In this document: in pieces, positions 29,066-40,052 of the stretch
Layout: every line of letters starts with the position of its first letter
Numbering within the stretch: the stretch's first letter is position 1
Assembly: GCA_003344405.1 (NCBI GenBank)
Contig: NOWV01000031.1
Location: 62,001-126,000 of the forward strand
Direction of reading: 5' to 3'
Origin: Trichoplax sp. H2
Lineage: Eukaryota
Length of the DNA: 64,000 bases
Notes under the pieces: model-generated
What the model was told of the DNA's origin: nothing
Databases searched by the model: none
Seen by the model: only the letters and a program-made list of their open reading frames with translations
Made by a program: the position numbers and the translations under genes

Positions 29066-30766
29066 TTATTTCATATTCATAGCAACTGCTTTACAAATAG
29101 TTCTTTTATCACCTGTAGTATCAAACGAGGTACTGGAAAAAAATACAGCTATAGCTAAAGAAACATATGGCATTAATATGCCGACTGCAATATTACCGAG
29201 TGAAGTAGCCAAATCATGGTAGATTAGAATTATAGTTACGGTGTAACCAATTTCAAGAAGTAGCACCAGAAGACAGTTATAAAGCAGTTGTTCTACACCT
29301 GGAAGATGTAATAGTTGAGCTGCTGAGTCGTAAATGGAAAGTCTTATCCATTTCCGGCCGTTCAAACTTTCAACAATGTTGAAATTTGATTGTACATCCT
29401 TCCACTCAATCATATTAGCTAATTTACTAATTGTTTTATTGGAATTTTTTTCGTTAAATATAAAATAGTGTTTGGACACAGATTTGTGGAATGTTTCCTG
29501 TTGGAAAAAGTCTTGGATTTGGTGAATAAATTGATTAGCATCAGGGGAAACTTCGACCAAAATTTGGTTATCGCTTCGATAAGTCTCAATGCATACAGGA
29601 ATATCTTTTGCATTCAATTCATTAAATAATCCTAGTATATATTGCTTTCGATTAAAGTGTCTTTGGATTAAAGCAATCAAAGTAACTACAAAGGGTAATT
29701 GAGTTGCAAGGAGAGGCAGCATTCCGCTTGGATGAACAACGCCAATAATAATATTAGCCAGAATGCTACTGCATAAGTTGGTCAATTCGTTACAGAGTAA
29801 ACCTAAAGACATCGTAAAATAGATTATTAAAAAGTAACGATACCATCGACTGGATTTGATGTTAAATTCATTGGCTTTGAAAGTAATCACAAAAATAAAT
29901 ATGTGCAACTGGAACCAATGTACGATTTTGTAAAAGAATCCTTGATCAACAAAAGTTGCAAACCAATCATTAGATGCTTTGACGTAATTGGCACAACCTC
30001 GTGCAATCTTGTTTCTTGTTAAAGTGATAGCTAAGACAGTAACGATCATGCCAAGTAACAGGTTAATGATGAGAAATATGACAAGGCTAGGCAACCAATA
30101 TAACAAAATCATCAACAAAGTGCTTAGATCTAAATGTGTATATATGTATCGAAACTTTTGAATATTGAAAATTGAACAGAGGAATGGAATCATGCCACCC
30201 AAAAGTAATATGAAATGAAGGAGAAGTATTTGATAGCACTTCTTTTTCTGAATACAACGATAAATAAATAGTTTTACGGCGTCTGCAGTATCGAATGCTT
30301 GATATAAACAAATCACTTGCTGGCCTTCGATAGTGGTCACATCGGTTAAAGTCGACCTTGAAGGAGGTCTGAGAATCAACAGAAATAACTTGAAAACTAT
30401 TGCTGCAGCAACGATATAAAAAATGATTTCTACATAAATTAAAGCCAAATCATTTCGTGGTGGGACTACTATAATTTTATCCAACACATTTTTAGAGCAT
30501 TGCCCTGAATAAAAAGAACAAGCATAAAATTCTTTCTTATTATTAATATTTTGTATATTCCAAAGGCGTGCTAGTAAAAATTCAGTGACATTTCGGGTTA
30601 TATCTGGTGGTTGTAACCTTTCATCTTTAACCGAACAATTAAACACTGATGCAATATGTACGGGAGTTTGACCAGCGGTCAATAGATACTGTGGCAAAGC
30701 ACATAATAGACTAGCGAAATCGTCTGATGTGTGGAATAAAAAGTATCCCTCTTCCTTGTATACCAT
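29066..30766 (-). CDS. Uncharacterised multi-pass membrane protein (566 aa uninterrupted ORF; N-terminus uncertain)
   Basis: A 1.7 kb open frame in very AT-rich DNA with roughly 8-9 long hydrophobic segments, e.g. LALIYVEIIFYIVAAAIVFKLFLLIL and LLYNCLLVLLLEIGYTVTIILIY. I do not recognise the family. An in-frame upstream extension to an ATG at 31003 contains two stops. Confidence 0.7.
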   Translation of the reverse strand: MVYKEEGYFLFHTSDDFASLLCALPQYLLTAGQTPVHIASVFNCSVKDERLQPPDITRNVTEFLLARLWNIQNINNKKEFYACSFYSGQCSKNVLDKIIVVPPRNDLALIYVEIIFYIVAAAIVFKLFLLILRPPSRSTLTDVTTIEGQQVICLYQAFDTADAVKLFIYRCIQKKKCYQILLLHFILLLGGMIPFLCSIFNIQKFRYIYTHLDLSTLLMILLYWLPSLVIFLIINLLLGMIVTVLAITLTRNKIARGCANYVKASNDWFATFVDQGFFYKIVHWFQLHIFIFVITFKANEFNIKSSRWYRYFLIIYFTMSLGLLCNELTNLCSSILANIIIGVVHPSGMLPLLATQLPFVVTLIALIQRHFNRKQYILGLFNELNAKDIPVCIETYRSDNQILVEVSPDANQFIHQIQDFFQQETFHKSVSKHYFIFNEKNSNKTISKLANMIEWKDVQSNFNIVESLNGRKWIRLSIYDSAAQLLHLPGVEQLLYNCLLVLLLEIGYTVTIILIYHDLATSLGNIAVGILMPYVSLAIAVFFSSTSFDTTGDKRTICKAVAMNMK

Positions 30767-32723
30767 ATAATTACGCTAATAATAATAATAGAACCGAGGT
30801 GTGTAATTATTAGCCTTTAAATCGATATTTACCCAATAACACGGACGATTTTGTTGTAGCATTTTCCGCACGAGTTCGTCATTTGTGTATGCTAACGTTT
30901 TGCTATCTTTGATTTGGCAAAGGGAGTAAGCCTTGAGTATCTGTGATATGACTAATAAAAGTATTGGGGAAAGGCAATGAAATCGATTTAACTGCCTTCA
31001 CATTAGTCGCTAATCTTCCAATGTGCAGAGCTATCCAATCTTTTTTCCAAGTGATGTAAAATTACTAGCTTAATTAACGTCTAATTGTTTGGTTGACAAA
31101 TGCTATAGACACTTGAATGATATTCAATGTAATGGAATTATTCTTATTTGCCAGCCCTCCCAGACATTTCGCCTTAAAGTGTTATATCTCGACTGTATGT
31201 TATACTATTCAGTACCGTGATATACAGTTGTTTGTCAAAATTTTGTCTATGCCAACTATAAATAACAAGTTCTCGGGCGTGGCAAGTTTGTACAGTACTG
31301 CGATAGTTTATGTACAATGCGATCGGTTTCCTTCGATATGTTTAAATAATAAAAACTATAAGTAAAACGCCTCCAAAAGACCAATCGTTATGAACCTTCC
31401 TATACACATAGTTCTCTTATTACTGAAAGTTACTGACTAATAGTTATAGCGCTAAATTTACTGCTTAAATATAAAACTTAATTACGGATATAGAATCTCG
31501 AAATCAAGAGCTATCCGTACATATTAAAACCATGCATTGGCGATCAATTTTGTACAAATTGATGCAAAAATTGTAATGTCAAATCAATGGAATCATGTCG
31601 TAAGCTGTGGACGAGTTGGACATGGACACTAAATCATGAATTGATAACGCGATAGTAAATTTAGATATGATTTTGTAACTTAATTGGTAAGATATAACTG
31701 TATTTGAATGAAAATCATTGTATGACGAATTGCATATAAATCGTGAATATTGCTGCAATAATTCAGATAGTCCAGAGATAGTCAAATAGTCCTTGGTAGA
31801 GGTTAGACCAACCTAACTTATGTAATAAAGTGAAATTTACAAGGAACAGTAGTTCTCGATTTATTGTTGAAGATCATTTTAACACAAGTGTATTGTATCC
31901 TTATCGTTCCCTTGCCTTTGAAATAACTTTCGCATTTCCGGCATCCTCCAATATATATCGTACATTATAACCGGAGTACAGACTGGACTAGTCAAGACTA
32001 GCTTTGGGTATACTTTGGAGGGAGTACTGTCTACTTTGGCCTGTTACACCGGTATCGACTATAGTCTAGCCATAAACTACAAGAAAAATTCTATATTTTT
32101 GTGATAAAGTATCTTCTACAAAATGTAACGAGAGCTACAGTTTCTTATAAACTTCATTTTATTAACTGTCAATAAGATAAGGTTCGTCTTACCACTGCCA
32201 ATGACTATCTAACTACAATTAGATAATCTCTGGACTGTCTAAATTATTACAGCAATATTCACGATTTATATAAAATTAGTTACACTCTGATTTTCCATCA
32301 ATTACAATCATATCTAAATTGATTATCGCGCTATCAGTTTATAATTCGCGCTTCTAATTAAAGCATCGCAATAAACGTCTCCCAGTGCTAACATACTTGG
32401 TACAGTCTATTAATTATTATCTCAGATATCTTAATGTAAACATCTTCCACCTTTAAATACTTAGGCAATCTTACAATCTTGCGTACAATTTATCTGTTTT
32501 CATACAATTTTACAATCTTAGCCTTCAGCTTATTTGGGACTACAATTTTCATGATGGAAGAAATCGTATTTGGTCTTTAAGTGTGCCTTCCTGTATTCAT
32601 TATCACTGCAATCTACAATAAATGCCGATAATAAAGCACTAACATGCAAAGACCACATTATCCAGCTTTTTACTATACCGCCCAAGGGGATAGAATTCCT
32701 AAGCGGATGGAAATCTCCGTGAC

Positions 32724-32788
32724 ACCGGAAGTGATCACTGTATACAGTAAAACACTGCCAATCCGGTCCCAGCTCGTACAGTATATAA
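32724..32788 (+). promoter_or_regulatory. Putative core promoter of the intact DUF2278-like gene (ETS-type ACCGGAAGTG and TATA box)
   Basis: ACCGGAAGTG at 32724-32733 and TATATAA at 32782-32788, ~120 bp upstream of the ATG. TATATAA is retained at the equivalent position upstream of copies 1 and 4. Confidence 0.55.
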
Positions 32789-32907
32789 GCGTTAGATAGA
32801 ACTGGTTTATCTCATACGGGTCTCTGAAGTATCATTGACGAAGATTTTCTATCTCAAGGTTTGCCTAGAAATCACTATATTGTATTCGCCATATTAGTGT
32901 GTGAGTG

Positions 32908-33528
32908 ATGGATTACTACCGGAAACACGAAACGTCTATAAAATATGGTGCGCTTGTTGGAGTGCCGATAAGAGAATTCGAGAAAGGAAATCATCCACAT
33001 GTGTACATATATGTTAATACTAGAAAAGGCAACTATAGATCATATGTTAGCAAAGAGGATTGCTATAAAGTAGCTGTCAATGTGCAGGACTATAGTGGCA
33101 AAAATGTTTTCTTCGCTTATAAGAAAAACTTGCATGCCGCATTTTTGCAACGCTTACAATTCTTCTCTGCAGGTGAACATGTTTTGGAGCCTAGAGCAAA
33201 CTCTGGTGCTATTGACTATGTAAGAGGAGGATTTATTAAGAAAGAAGACTTTCGAGAGGAAACAGAAAGAGTACTATCACAACGTCTTCATGACATTGTA
33301 CATGGTATGATAGCGGCATGTGAAAAACATCCTGACTCAAAAATTTTCTGTGTCGGATCAATGTTTCCTGGTGGAATACACGATATCCATATGAATCAAG
33401 GGGAATCACGATACAGGAATAAGCAATATCAAGATGGCGCTTTAATTTTCTTCGATGCCAATAAAATGCAATATAATGGTGCATTCTTTTACTTTCAAGA
33501 AGAATCTTCTGCTTGGTATAGACCGTAA
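32908..33528 (+). CDS. DUF2278/YukJ-like protein, intact intronless copy 2 (206 aa)
   Basis: The ordered motifs YGALVG, HPHVYI, YKVAVNV, AIDYVRGG, GIHDIHMNQG and YQDGALIF match, from memory, the DUF2278 family (Bacillus subtilis YukJ and fungal homologues). ATG at 32908; the ORF track starts at the preceding GTG. No introns. Confidence 0.85.
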   Translation: MDYYRKHETSIKYGALVGVPIREFEKGNHPHVYIYVNTRKGNYRSYVSKEDCYKVAVNVQDYSGKNVFFAYKKNLHAAFLQRLQFFSAGEHVLEPRANSGAIDYVRGGFIKKEDFREETERVLSQRLHDIVHGMIAACEKHPDSKIFCVGSMFPGGIHDIHMNQGESRYRNKQYQDGALIFFDANKMQYNGAFFYFQEESSAWYRP

Positions 33529-36500
33529 CTTGTGCAATTATGATGAATGATTTCAGTCCTACTTTTATATAACTATATCTTAGTAACAAAGTATTTGGAA
33601 GAGATGCCTTACTGTAGTCGCTAAATTAATACGAATATATCAAAGTCACAGTTTGATTAACTTTAGCGTTGCGAATAAGCAAACATCGATGTAGAAAATC
33701 ATTCATCCACAGTGGTAAATATCATGCCAGCTATTCTTGATTAGTGTCATAAAAATAAGTAATGAAGGTTTCGTATTTAGCATGAATCATTTTACACCCA
33801 TGACTAACACTATTGTTTTTAATGGATAAAAGAATTAGTTAAAAATTACTTATGGTAGAATAGTTATCGTTAGAGATCAAATAATAGCCTAATCATGGAT
33901 TACAGTAGTTGTTATAGTCTTCTCTTCGTGAAATTAAGTATTTTTAATCCTTAATAGCAGGTTATCTTTTAGGCTTTATAATTTTTTAAAAGGCTTGATT
34001 TGTAACAGACAATAAAAACTAACATTGATCACAACATCTGTGGAATCTATTAGCGCTTGTTATTAAAATAGACGAGATTGTAAACTCAATATGCGGGAAA
34101 ATAGAGTTTCGTTCGCTTATTTTTATTGAGTATGAAAGCAAAATGTTCCGATTGCCCCTAGATTTATAGGTCAAAGAGAATAGTACGATCGTCTTCCAAA
34201 ATTTTTCTTAACTTAGATCTTTATTTCTATCTTGCTCTTGCTGGAAAGTAAATTTGTAACAATAATTTATTAGAACAGTGTTAAGGTCTCCGATATAAAA
34301 CAGACTCAGATATTACAATAAAATAAGGTTTGGATAATAGAAGTTGTCTACATGAATTAGGCTTCATATTTGCTAAGACGATCCTGTTCCGCTTTCACTA
34401 AAAGTCAATCAAACAATCTCTTATAATTCTTTAATTATAATTTAATACCGTATTTACCAAATGTTTATTCCGTATCATATTATATCATGCAATGGTCTGA
34501 TGTATACTAGCAGAAACTTTGCTGATAGGAAAGTGTCTGCCATATTGTTAGCAATGTCGATTAATTGAATTCTGATTATCTTTCCGCTTCGCATCCTTAA
34601 TTTAAATTGCAGTAAGCATCAATACCAATGGAAAAGGATTAGTAGCTTTAAAATTGGATCAAAAATTATAAATTTTCTCTGGATTGCTTTAACTGAAAAT
34701 TGTTAATCATTACATTCAGCTTTAACATAAATTAGATTGCTGTATTTTAATATCACCACAACCTCTAATGATCGCTTGGAATGCTTGTAAAAGCTGCTAA
34801 TCCAATATCTACTCGTACATAAGCATGAGACATAACTAGTCTATACCAATGACATAATTTCATACAAGCTCACTAACTAATATTAGAGAAGATTTTCTAT
34901 CCCAACGTTTGCCAATAATTCTAGTTAAGGGAAAATGAAATGTCTATAGTAACATATACATTATAGTGCACATGGAGTAGTTGTCAATGTGCAGGACTAT
35001 AGCGGCAGAAATATTTTCTTCACTTACAAGGAACATTTGAGGCCAATTTTTGCAAGAATTAAAATCTTCTCCGCAGTTAAGCATAAACTGAAGCTTAAAG
35101 CAAACACTGACGCTAAAGAAAATGTAAGATGAGAATTTAATAAGAAAGAAGATTCTGACGGGAAGACAGAAGAAGATATGAGTAAAAAGCAATATAATGG
35201 AGCGTTCTTGTACTTTAAACTAGAATCCTCTGCTTGAAATAGACATTAACTTGTGTGGAGATGACGAGTGATTTCAATCCCGTTTATATACCCATCTCTT
35301 AGGAAATAAGCATTTGAAGGAGATAGCCTAGTACATAAATTAATACGACTGTAGCGAGGGTATAATCTAAGTAACTATAGCATTGCGAAGAAGCAAATAT
35401 CGAAGTAGAAAAACCATTAAGTGACAGTAGAAAAGTATTATTCTAGCTATTCTTAATTATTTTCATAATTAGTACCGGTGAGAAAAGTGTCGTATTCACA
35501 ATAGTCCATTAACACTCGTTACTAACAGTATTGTTTTAATGGATAAAAGAAAAAGTCTAAAGAGGCATTAGATAGAAAGATCAAAATGGTTGGTGGTCTA
35601 ATAATTAACAACCTATAGTTCAAAAAATTATTTAGAATTTATAATTAAGCAAAGTTATTAAGAGTCTTTAGCTTAACTAACTTATACTATGGCTACGTTT
35701 TATGATTTATTAGATCGCACTGGCTAACTCGCATAAAATTTATGAAAATCAGATTAAATTTTTATAAGTTCAATTAACAGCTTGCTGGTAAAATAAAGAC
35801 TCATTTTAGGATTCAGCTTCAGTAATAGTTAGTATTTACGTAATACAAACTAAGAACCAGTTATAGCAGAGGTTGTAGATAGTTTTAGGATGGTAGTAAT
35901 GAGAGTTACGAGAATAACAAGTTTTATTTATGGATTGTAATAGAATTTGACTTTTTCAACATAAAATTTAACGTAATCCAAGTATGTAGTAGAAGATATT
36001 CGATATCTTATTGATCATGTTAGCAATAAAAAGAATTAGATGATAAATATCAACACGAAAGTAGCACTTGTGGTGTCTAGTATTAAGTGTCGTTAATACA
36101 GATGAGATTGTAAACATGACATGTCGCAAAAATGAAGTCGGTTCTCTTACTTTTTATTGAAAGCGAAGCAAAGGCTTCAATTACTCCCAGATTTATAAGT
36201 CAAAGAGATTAGTACAGCTTTCCTCCAAGATTTTGTCACTTTTGACATTTATTTCGATGTTGCTCTTGCTATAAAGAGGGTTTGTAACAATTGGGTTATA
36301 ATAGCAACAGGATGCATAGCTCCATTTAGGAACAAACTATCAGACATTGAAATAAATGAGGTTTTAACGTAGAAATTGTCTATGTTGAACAGGCGTTATA
36401 TCTATAAAAGCGATCCTGCAAGGTCACAGGGTGCAACTTATGAGCGCTGGCCCTTTCTAATAAAATCTAATGAAATTCCTCCTCCTAATTCTTTAATTAC

Positions 36501-36610
36501 TGTATAATCTACTGTACTATTTATTAAGTGTTTATTCTATATAATACTGTATGTGTGCTAATAGAAATTTACCGATAGAAAAATGCCAGCTATGCTGTTA
36601 GCGTTATCAA
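33529..36610 (+). repeat. Diverged tandem segmental duplication carrying the DUF2278-like genes
   Basis: The 3' flank 33529-~34570 is collinear with ~35250-36610 (e.g. gagattgtaaac at ~34074 and ~36104; ttgctcttgct at ~34232 and ~36260). The block at ~34570-34740 recurs at ~38727-38885, and parts recur at ~27812-28260 and ~36850-37020. Confidence 0.8.
34930..35249 (+). pseudogene. DUF2278/YukJ-like gene, copy 3 (heavily decayed, internally deleted)
   Basis: gtagttgtcaatgtgcaggactatagcggc (VVVNVQDYSG) and caatataatggagcgttcttgtacttt (QYNGAFLYF) align to copy 2. The GIHDIHMNQG region is missing, and frameshifts and stops are present. Confidence 0.8.
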
Positions 36611-37359
36611 TTAATTATATCTACTCGGCAAAAAAGTCGAACAGAAAGAAATTTCTTTCTGTCTTTATCACAAAGCTTCCAATATAGTACACCAAATAAA
36701 ACAATAAGTGAGATATTTTAAGTCATTATAACTAGTAAAGTGTCAGCTGAACCATTTATGGATGTGATTTATATCTAGGGAATAGGCTTAGGTACTTTTC
36801 GTAATACTCAAAGGATAAGAAGAAAGATGGCATATTCTAAGAAACTGTAGATGCGAAGAAGTATACGCCAATGTAGAAAATTATTAATTGATAGTAGAAA
36901 AGTATCATACTAACTATTCTTAATTATTGTCGTAAAAACAAGTTAGCAAAGCGTCGTATTCTACAATAGGCTATTAATCCTTTTTATAATAAAATTGTTT
37001 TAATGGATGAAAGGATGAGTCAAAAGTGAGCCTTGCTGTATTTTACTATCACTGCAATCCGCAACAAATGCCGATGGTCTACTAATATGATTTGTTAAAG
37101 TCAGTAGTATGGCACCAACATACTGCAGACTTCAATGTCAACCACTATACTAGGGGATAGATTTGCTTGGCAGATAGAAATCTCTGTCATACTCTAAGTA
37201 ATTGCAAAGGGCTGATGATCCCGCCCCTACTCATATATAAGCATACGATAACATTAGTCTATCCCATACGAGTCCATAAACTTACGTTAAAGAGGATTTT
37301 GTATCTCAAGGTTAGCTAAGAAATCGCTATACCGTATTTGAGATATTTGTGTGTAAGTG

Positions 37360-37889
37360 ATGAATTCCTTCCGGAAAAATGAAACATCTATAAATTATGG
37401 TGTACTCGTGGGAGTGCCAATAAGAGAATTCGAGAGAGGATTTCATCCACATGTTTAGATATATCTTAATACTGGAAAAGGCAAGTGCAACCCAAATATT
37501 GACAAAGAGGATTGTTATAAAGTAGCCGTCAATGTGCAGGGCTATAATAGCAAAAACGTTTTCTTCGCTTATAAGGAAAACTTTCAAGCCTCATTTTTGC
37601 AACAATTAAAATACTTCTCGGCAGTTCAATATGAACAGGAGCCTAGAGCAAACTCTGCTGCTATTGACTATGTAAGGGAGGATTTAAGAAGAAAGCAGAC
37701 TTTAAAATGAAAACAGAAAAGAACTATCAGACCATCTTCATGGCATTGTATATGATATGATAGCCGTATGTGAAAAAATTCCTAACTTAAAAAAATTTTT
37801 GTATGGGATCACTGTTTGCTGGTGGAATACACGATATCCATTTGAATCAAGGAGAATCACGATTTAGGAATAAGTAATATCAAGATGGC
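37360..37889 (+). pseudogene. DUF2278/YukJ-like gene, copy 4, allele truncated by an LTR-like element
   Basis: Reads MNSFRKNETSINYGVLVGVPIREFERGFHPHV then TAG at 37456-37458. Further frameshifts and stops follow; GGIHDIHLNQGE is retained. Homology ends abruptly at TGTCAC (37890). TATATAA at 37234-37240. Confidence 0.85.
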
Positions 37890-38058
37890 TGTCACAACCC
37901 TCACTTGTGGCAAAGGAAAGTAAAGAACTCTAGTGTAGTTACTTAAAACTTGGGCTATTTCTCCCAGTACTTTCAGTTTCTATGAGAGAAGTATTTGAGA
38001 ACTCGATTTCTCGGCTGATCTCCACAGACAACTGACTAATTATTACACTATTCTTCAC
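37890..38058 (-). mobile_element. Left part of a solo-LTR-like element (cut by an assembly gap)
   Basis: Begins TGTCAC exactly where DUF2278 homology stops. 37899-38058 matches 40053-40212. Confidence 0.65.
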
Positions 38059-38135
38059 NNNNNNNNNNNNNNNNNNNNATCTCAAGGTTAGCTAAGAAAT
38101 CGCTATACCGTATTTGAGATATTTGTGTGTAAGTG

Positions 38136-38716
38136 ATGAATTCCTTCCGGAAAAATGAAACATCTATAAATTATGGTGTACTCGTGGGAGTGCCAATAAG
38201 AGAATTCGAGAGAGGATTTCATCCACATGTTTAGATATATCTTAATACTGGAAAAGGCAAGTGCAACCCAAATATTGACAAAGAGGATTGTTATAAAGTA
38301 GCCGTCAATGTGCAGGGCTATAATAGCAAAAATGTTTTCTTCGCTTATAAGGAAAACTTTCAAGCCTCATTTTTGCAACAATTAAAATACTTCTCGGCAG
38401 TTCAATATGAACAGGAGCCTAGAGCAAACTCTGCTGCTATTGACTATGTAAGGGAGGATTTAAGAAGAAAGCAGACTTTAAAATGAAAACAGAAAAGAAC
38501 TATCAGACCATCTTCATGGCATTGTATATGATATGATAGCCGTATATGAAAAAATTCCTAACTTAAAAAAATTTTTGTATGGGATCACTGTTTGCTGGTG
38601 GAATACACGATATCTATTTGAATCAAGGAGAATCACGATTTAGGAATAAGTAATATCAAAATGGCACTTTAATTTTCTATGATGCCAGTAAAATGCAATA
38701 TAATGGTGCGTTCTTC
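38136..38716 (+). pseudogene. DUF2278/YukJ-like copy 4, probable second allele without the LTR
   Basis: Almost identical to 37360-37889 (at least 4 substitutions seen) with the same disabling stops. It continues through ATGGC|ACTTTA into the 3' part of the gene, then jumps into downstream flank sequence. Confidence 0.8.
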
Positions 38717-39019
38717 GTAAATTTATATCTGATTATCTTCCCTGTTCGCATCCTTAACTTAAATTACAGTAAGCATCATGGAAAAGGATTAATAGCTTTA
38801 AAATTGGACTAGAAATTACAAATTTTCTCTGAATTGCTTTTACTGAATATTTTTTATCATTACATTTAGCTTTGACATTGATTAGACGAAATCCTATCTT
38901 TAATTCTACTGATTTCTTCCGAATTATAATATTTAGGGAAAATTAATGATATCTATTTATAAGATTTATTGTAAAATTGGCTTTGGCTACGTACAATTAT
39001 TAATGAGGCATTACTTTTT

Positions 39020-39790
39020 CTCTTTCATTGATTTCGAAAATTTTAGCACTTTTAATACATCATTTACTTGCTGTTATATTTTGAGATATTTTTCAAATGC
39101 GTATAAAGTATCTCGATATTTTCCTTGATCTTCGTGAATATTGCCCATACTATTATATGAATTAGCGACATTGAGGTGATCCATTCCAAACAATTTAGAA
39201 CGAATATTGACACATTTTGGTGCATTGATATGGCATTTTCCCATTTACGGTGACGATAGTGGACTACGGTAATATTGCTGTATGAAGTAGCAGCCTCTAC
39301 ATACTATTCGCCTAGTCGTGACCTGATTACGATAAATGAGTCCGAGAATGCTATGCAAAGATGCGACATCGGTATTATTCGACCCCAGTGACTTTAATAA
39401 GTCCTTAAATTTCTTTGGTACATAGAAATAGCTTCTGTAATTTTCCGCTGATAATAATATATCAATCCAATATTATAATTTATCTAGTTTAATATTGAGC
39501 GACTTTTAATATAGATAAGCCATCTTCATATCGAGATCGGTAAGTGTAAATTAATTAATTCTGTATTTCATATCAGTAGGCCACATGTAAGTTTTTGACC
39601 CCCAGTATTTAGGATCGAGTATATAATGATTTACGGCCAATTACTTCAGCATTTTCAAATTGACATTGCTTTAGGTAAAGATATCCAATATCCTTATAGG
39701 ACTTTGCAACATCTAAATTAGCCTCATGTTACGATTTCCAAATTTTGTAACAAGTACTAGATCTGCACTCAGCAAGGAGACCCAGTAATT
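39020..39790 (-). pseudogene. Decayed tetratricopeptide-repeat gene (kinesin-light-chain/NPHP3-type long TPRs)
   Basis: Minus-strand fragments LDVAKSYKDIGYLYLKQCQFENAE, YNIGLIYYYQRKITEAISMYQ, LGSNNTDVASLHSILGLIYRNQ and LFGMDHLNVANSYNSMGNIHEDQGKYRDTLYAFEKYLKI, with many stops and frameshifts. A further repeat (NDIGLVYCHQCKYEDSLQT*IKALKIQ) lies at ~41280-41390. Confidence 0.8.
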
Positions 39791-40052
39791 AAGTTGAAGA
39801 ACTAACTTTATTGTTAAAATGAAGAGTTTATATACTTTCTTTATTGTGACCTTTGATCTACTAACGTAGATCACAAGATCATCACTAACAGAAAGGTTTC
39901 CCTAGTTTAGTCATTACAAATAGACTATCATGCCAAGTATGGCAACATGAGAATACATATATAGATAAGCTTAATATAGTACCATAACTACATCTATATA
40001 CGCATGACGTGATAATAACATCGTGATATTTANNNNNNNNNNNNNNNNNNNN

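Noticed and set aside
30998..31000. Selenocysteine reading of the TGA in the membrane-protein extension
   Set aside because: It is codon 2 of a signal-peptide-like segment, there is no redox motif, and I could not identify a SECIS element.
27245..33528. Bacterial contamination or an integrated bacterial operon as the source of the DUF2278-like genes
   Set aside because: The sequence is gap-free with spliced animal genes, has host-like AT content, TATA boxes and diverged pseudogene copies, and has no other bacterial-type genes nearby. Long-read confirmation is still needed.
37327..38363. Two near-identical 86-aa minus-strand ORFs, plus related ORFs at 34944-35192 and 33236-33589
   Set aside because: They are antisense shadows of the DUF2278-like sequences, and the near-identical pair reflects allelic contigs.
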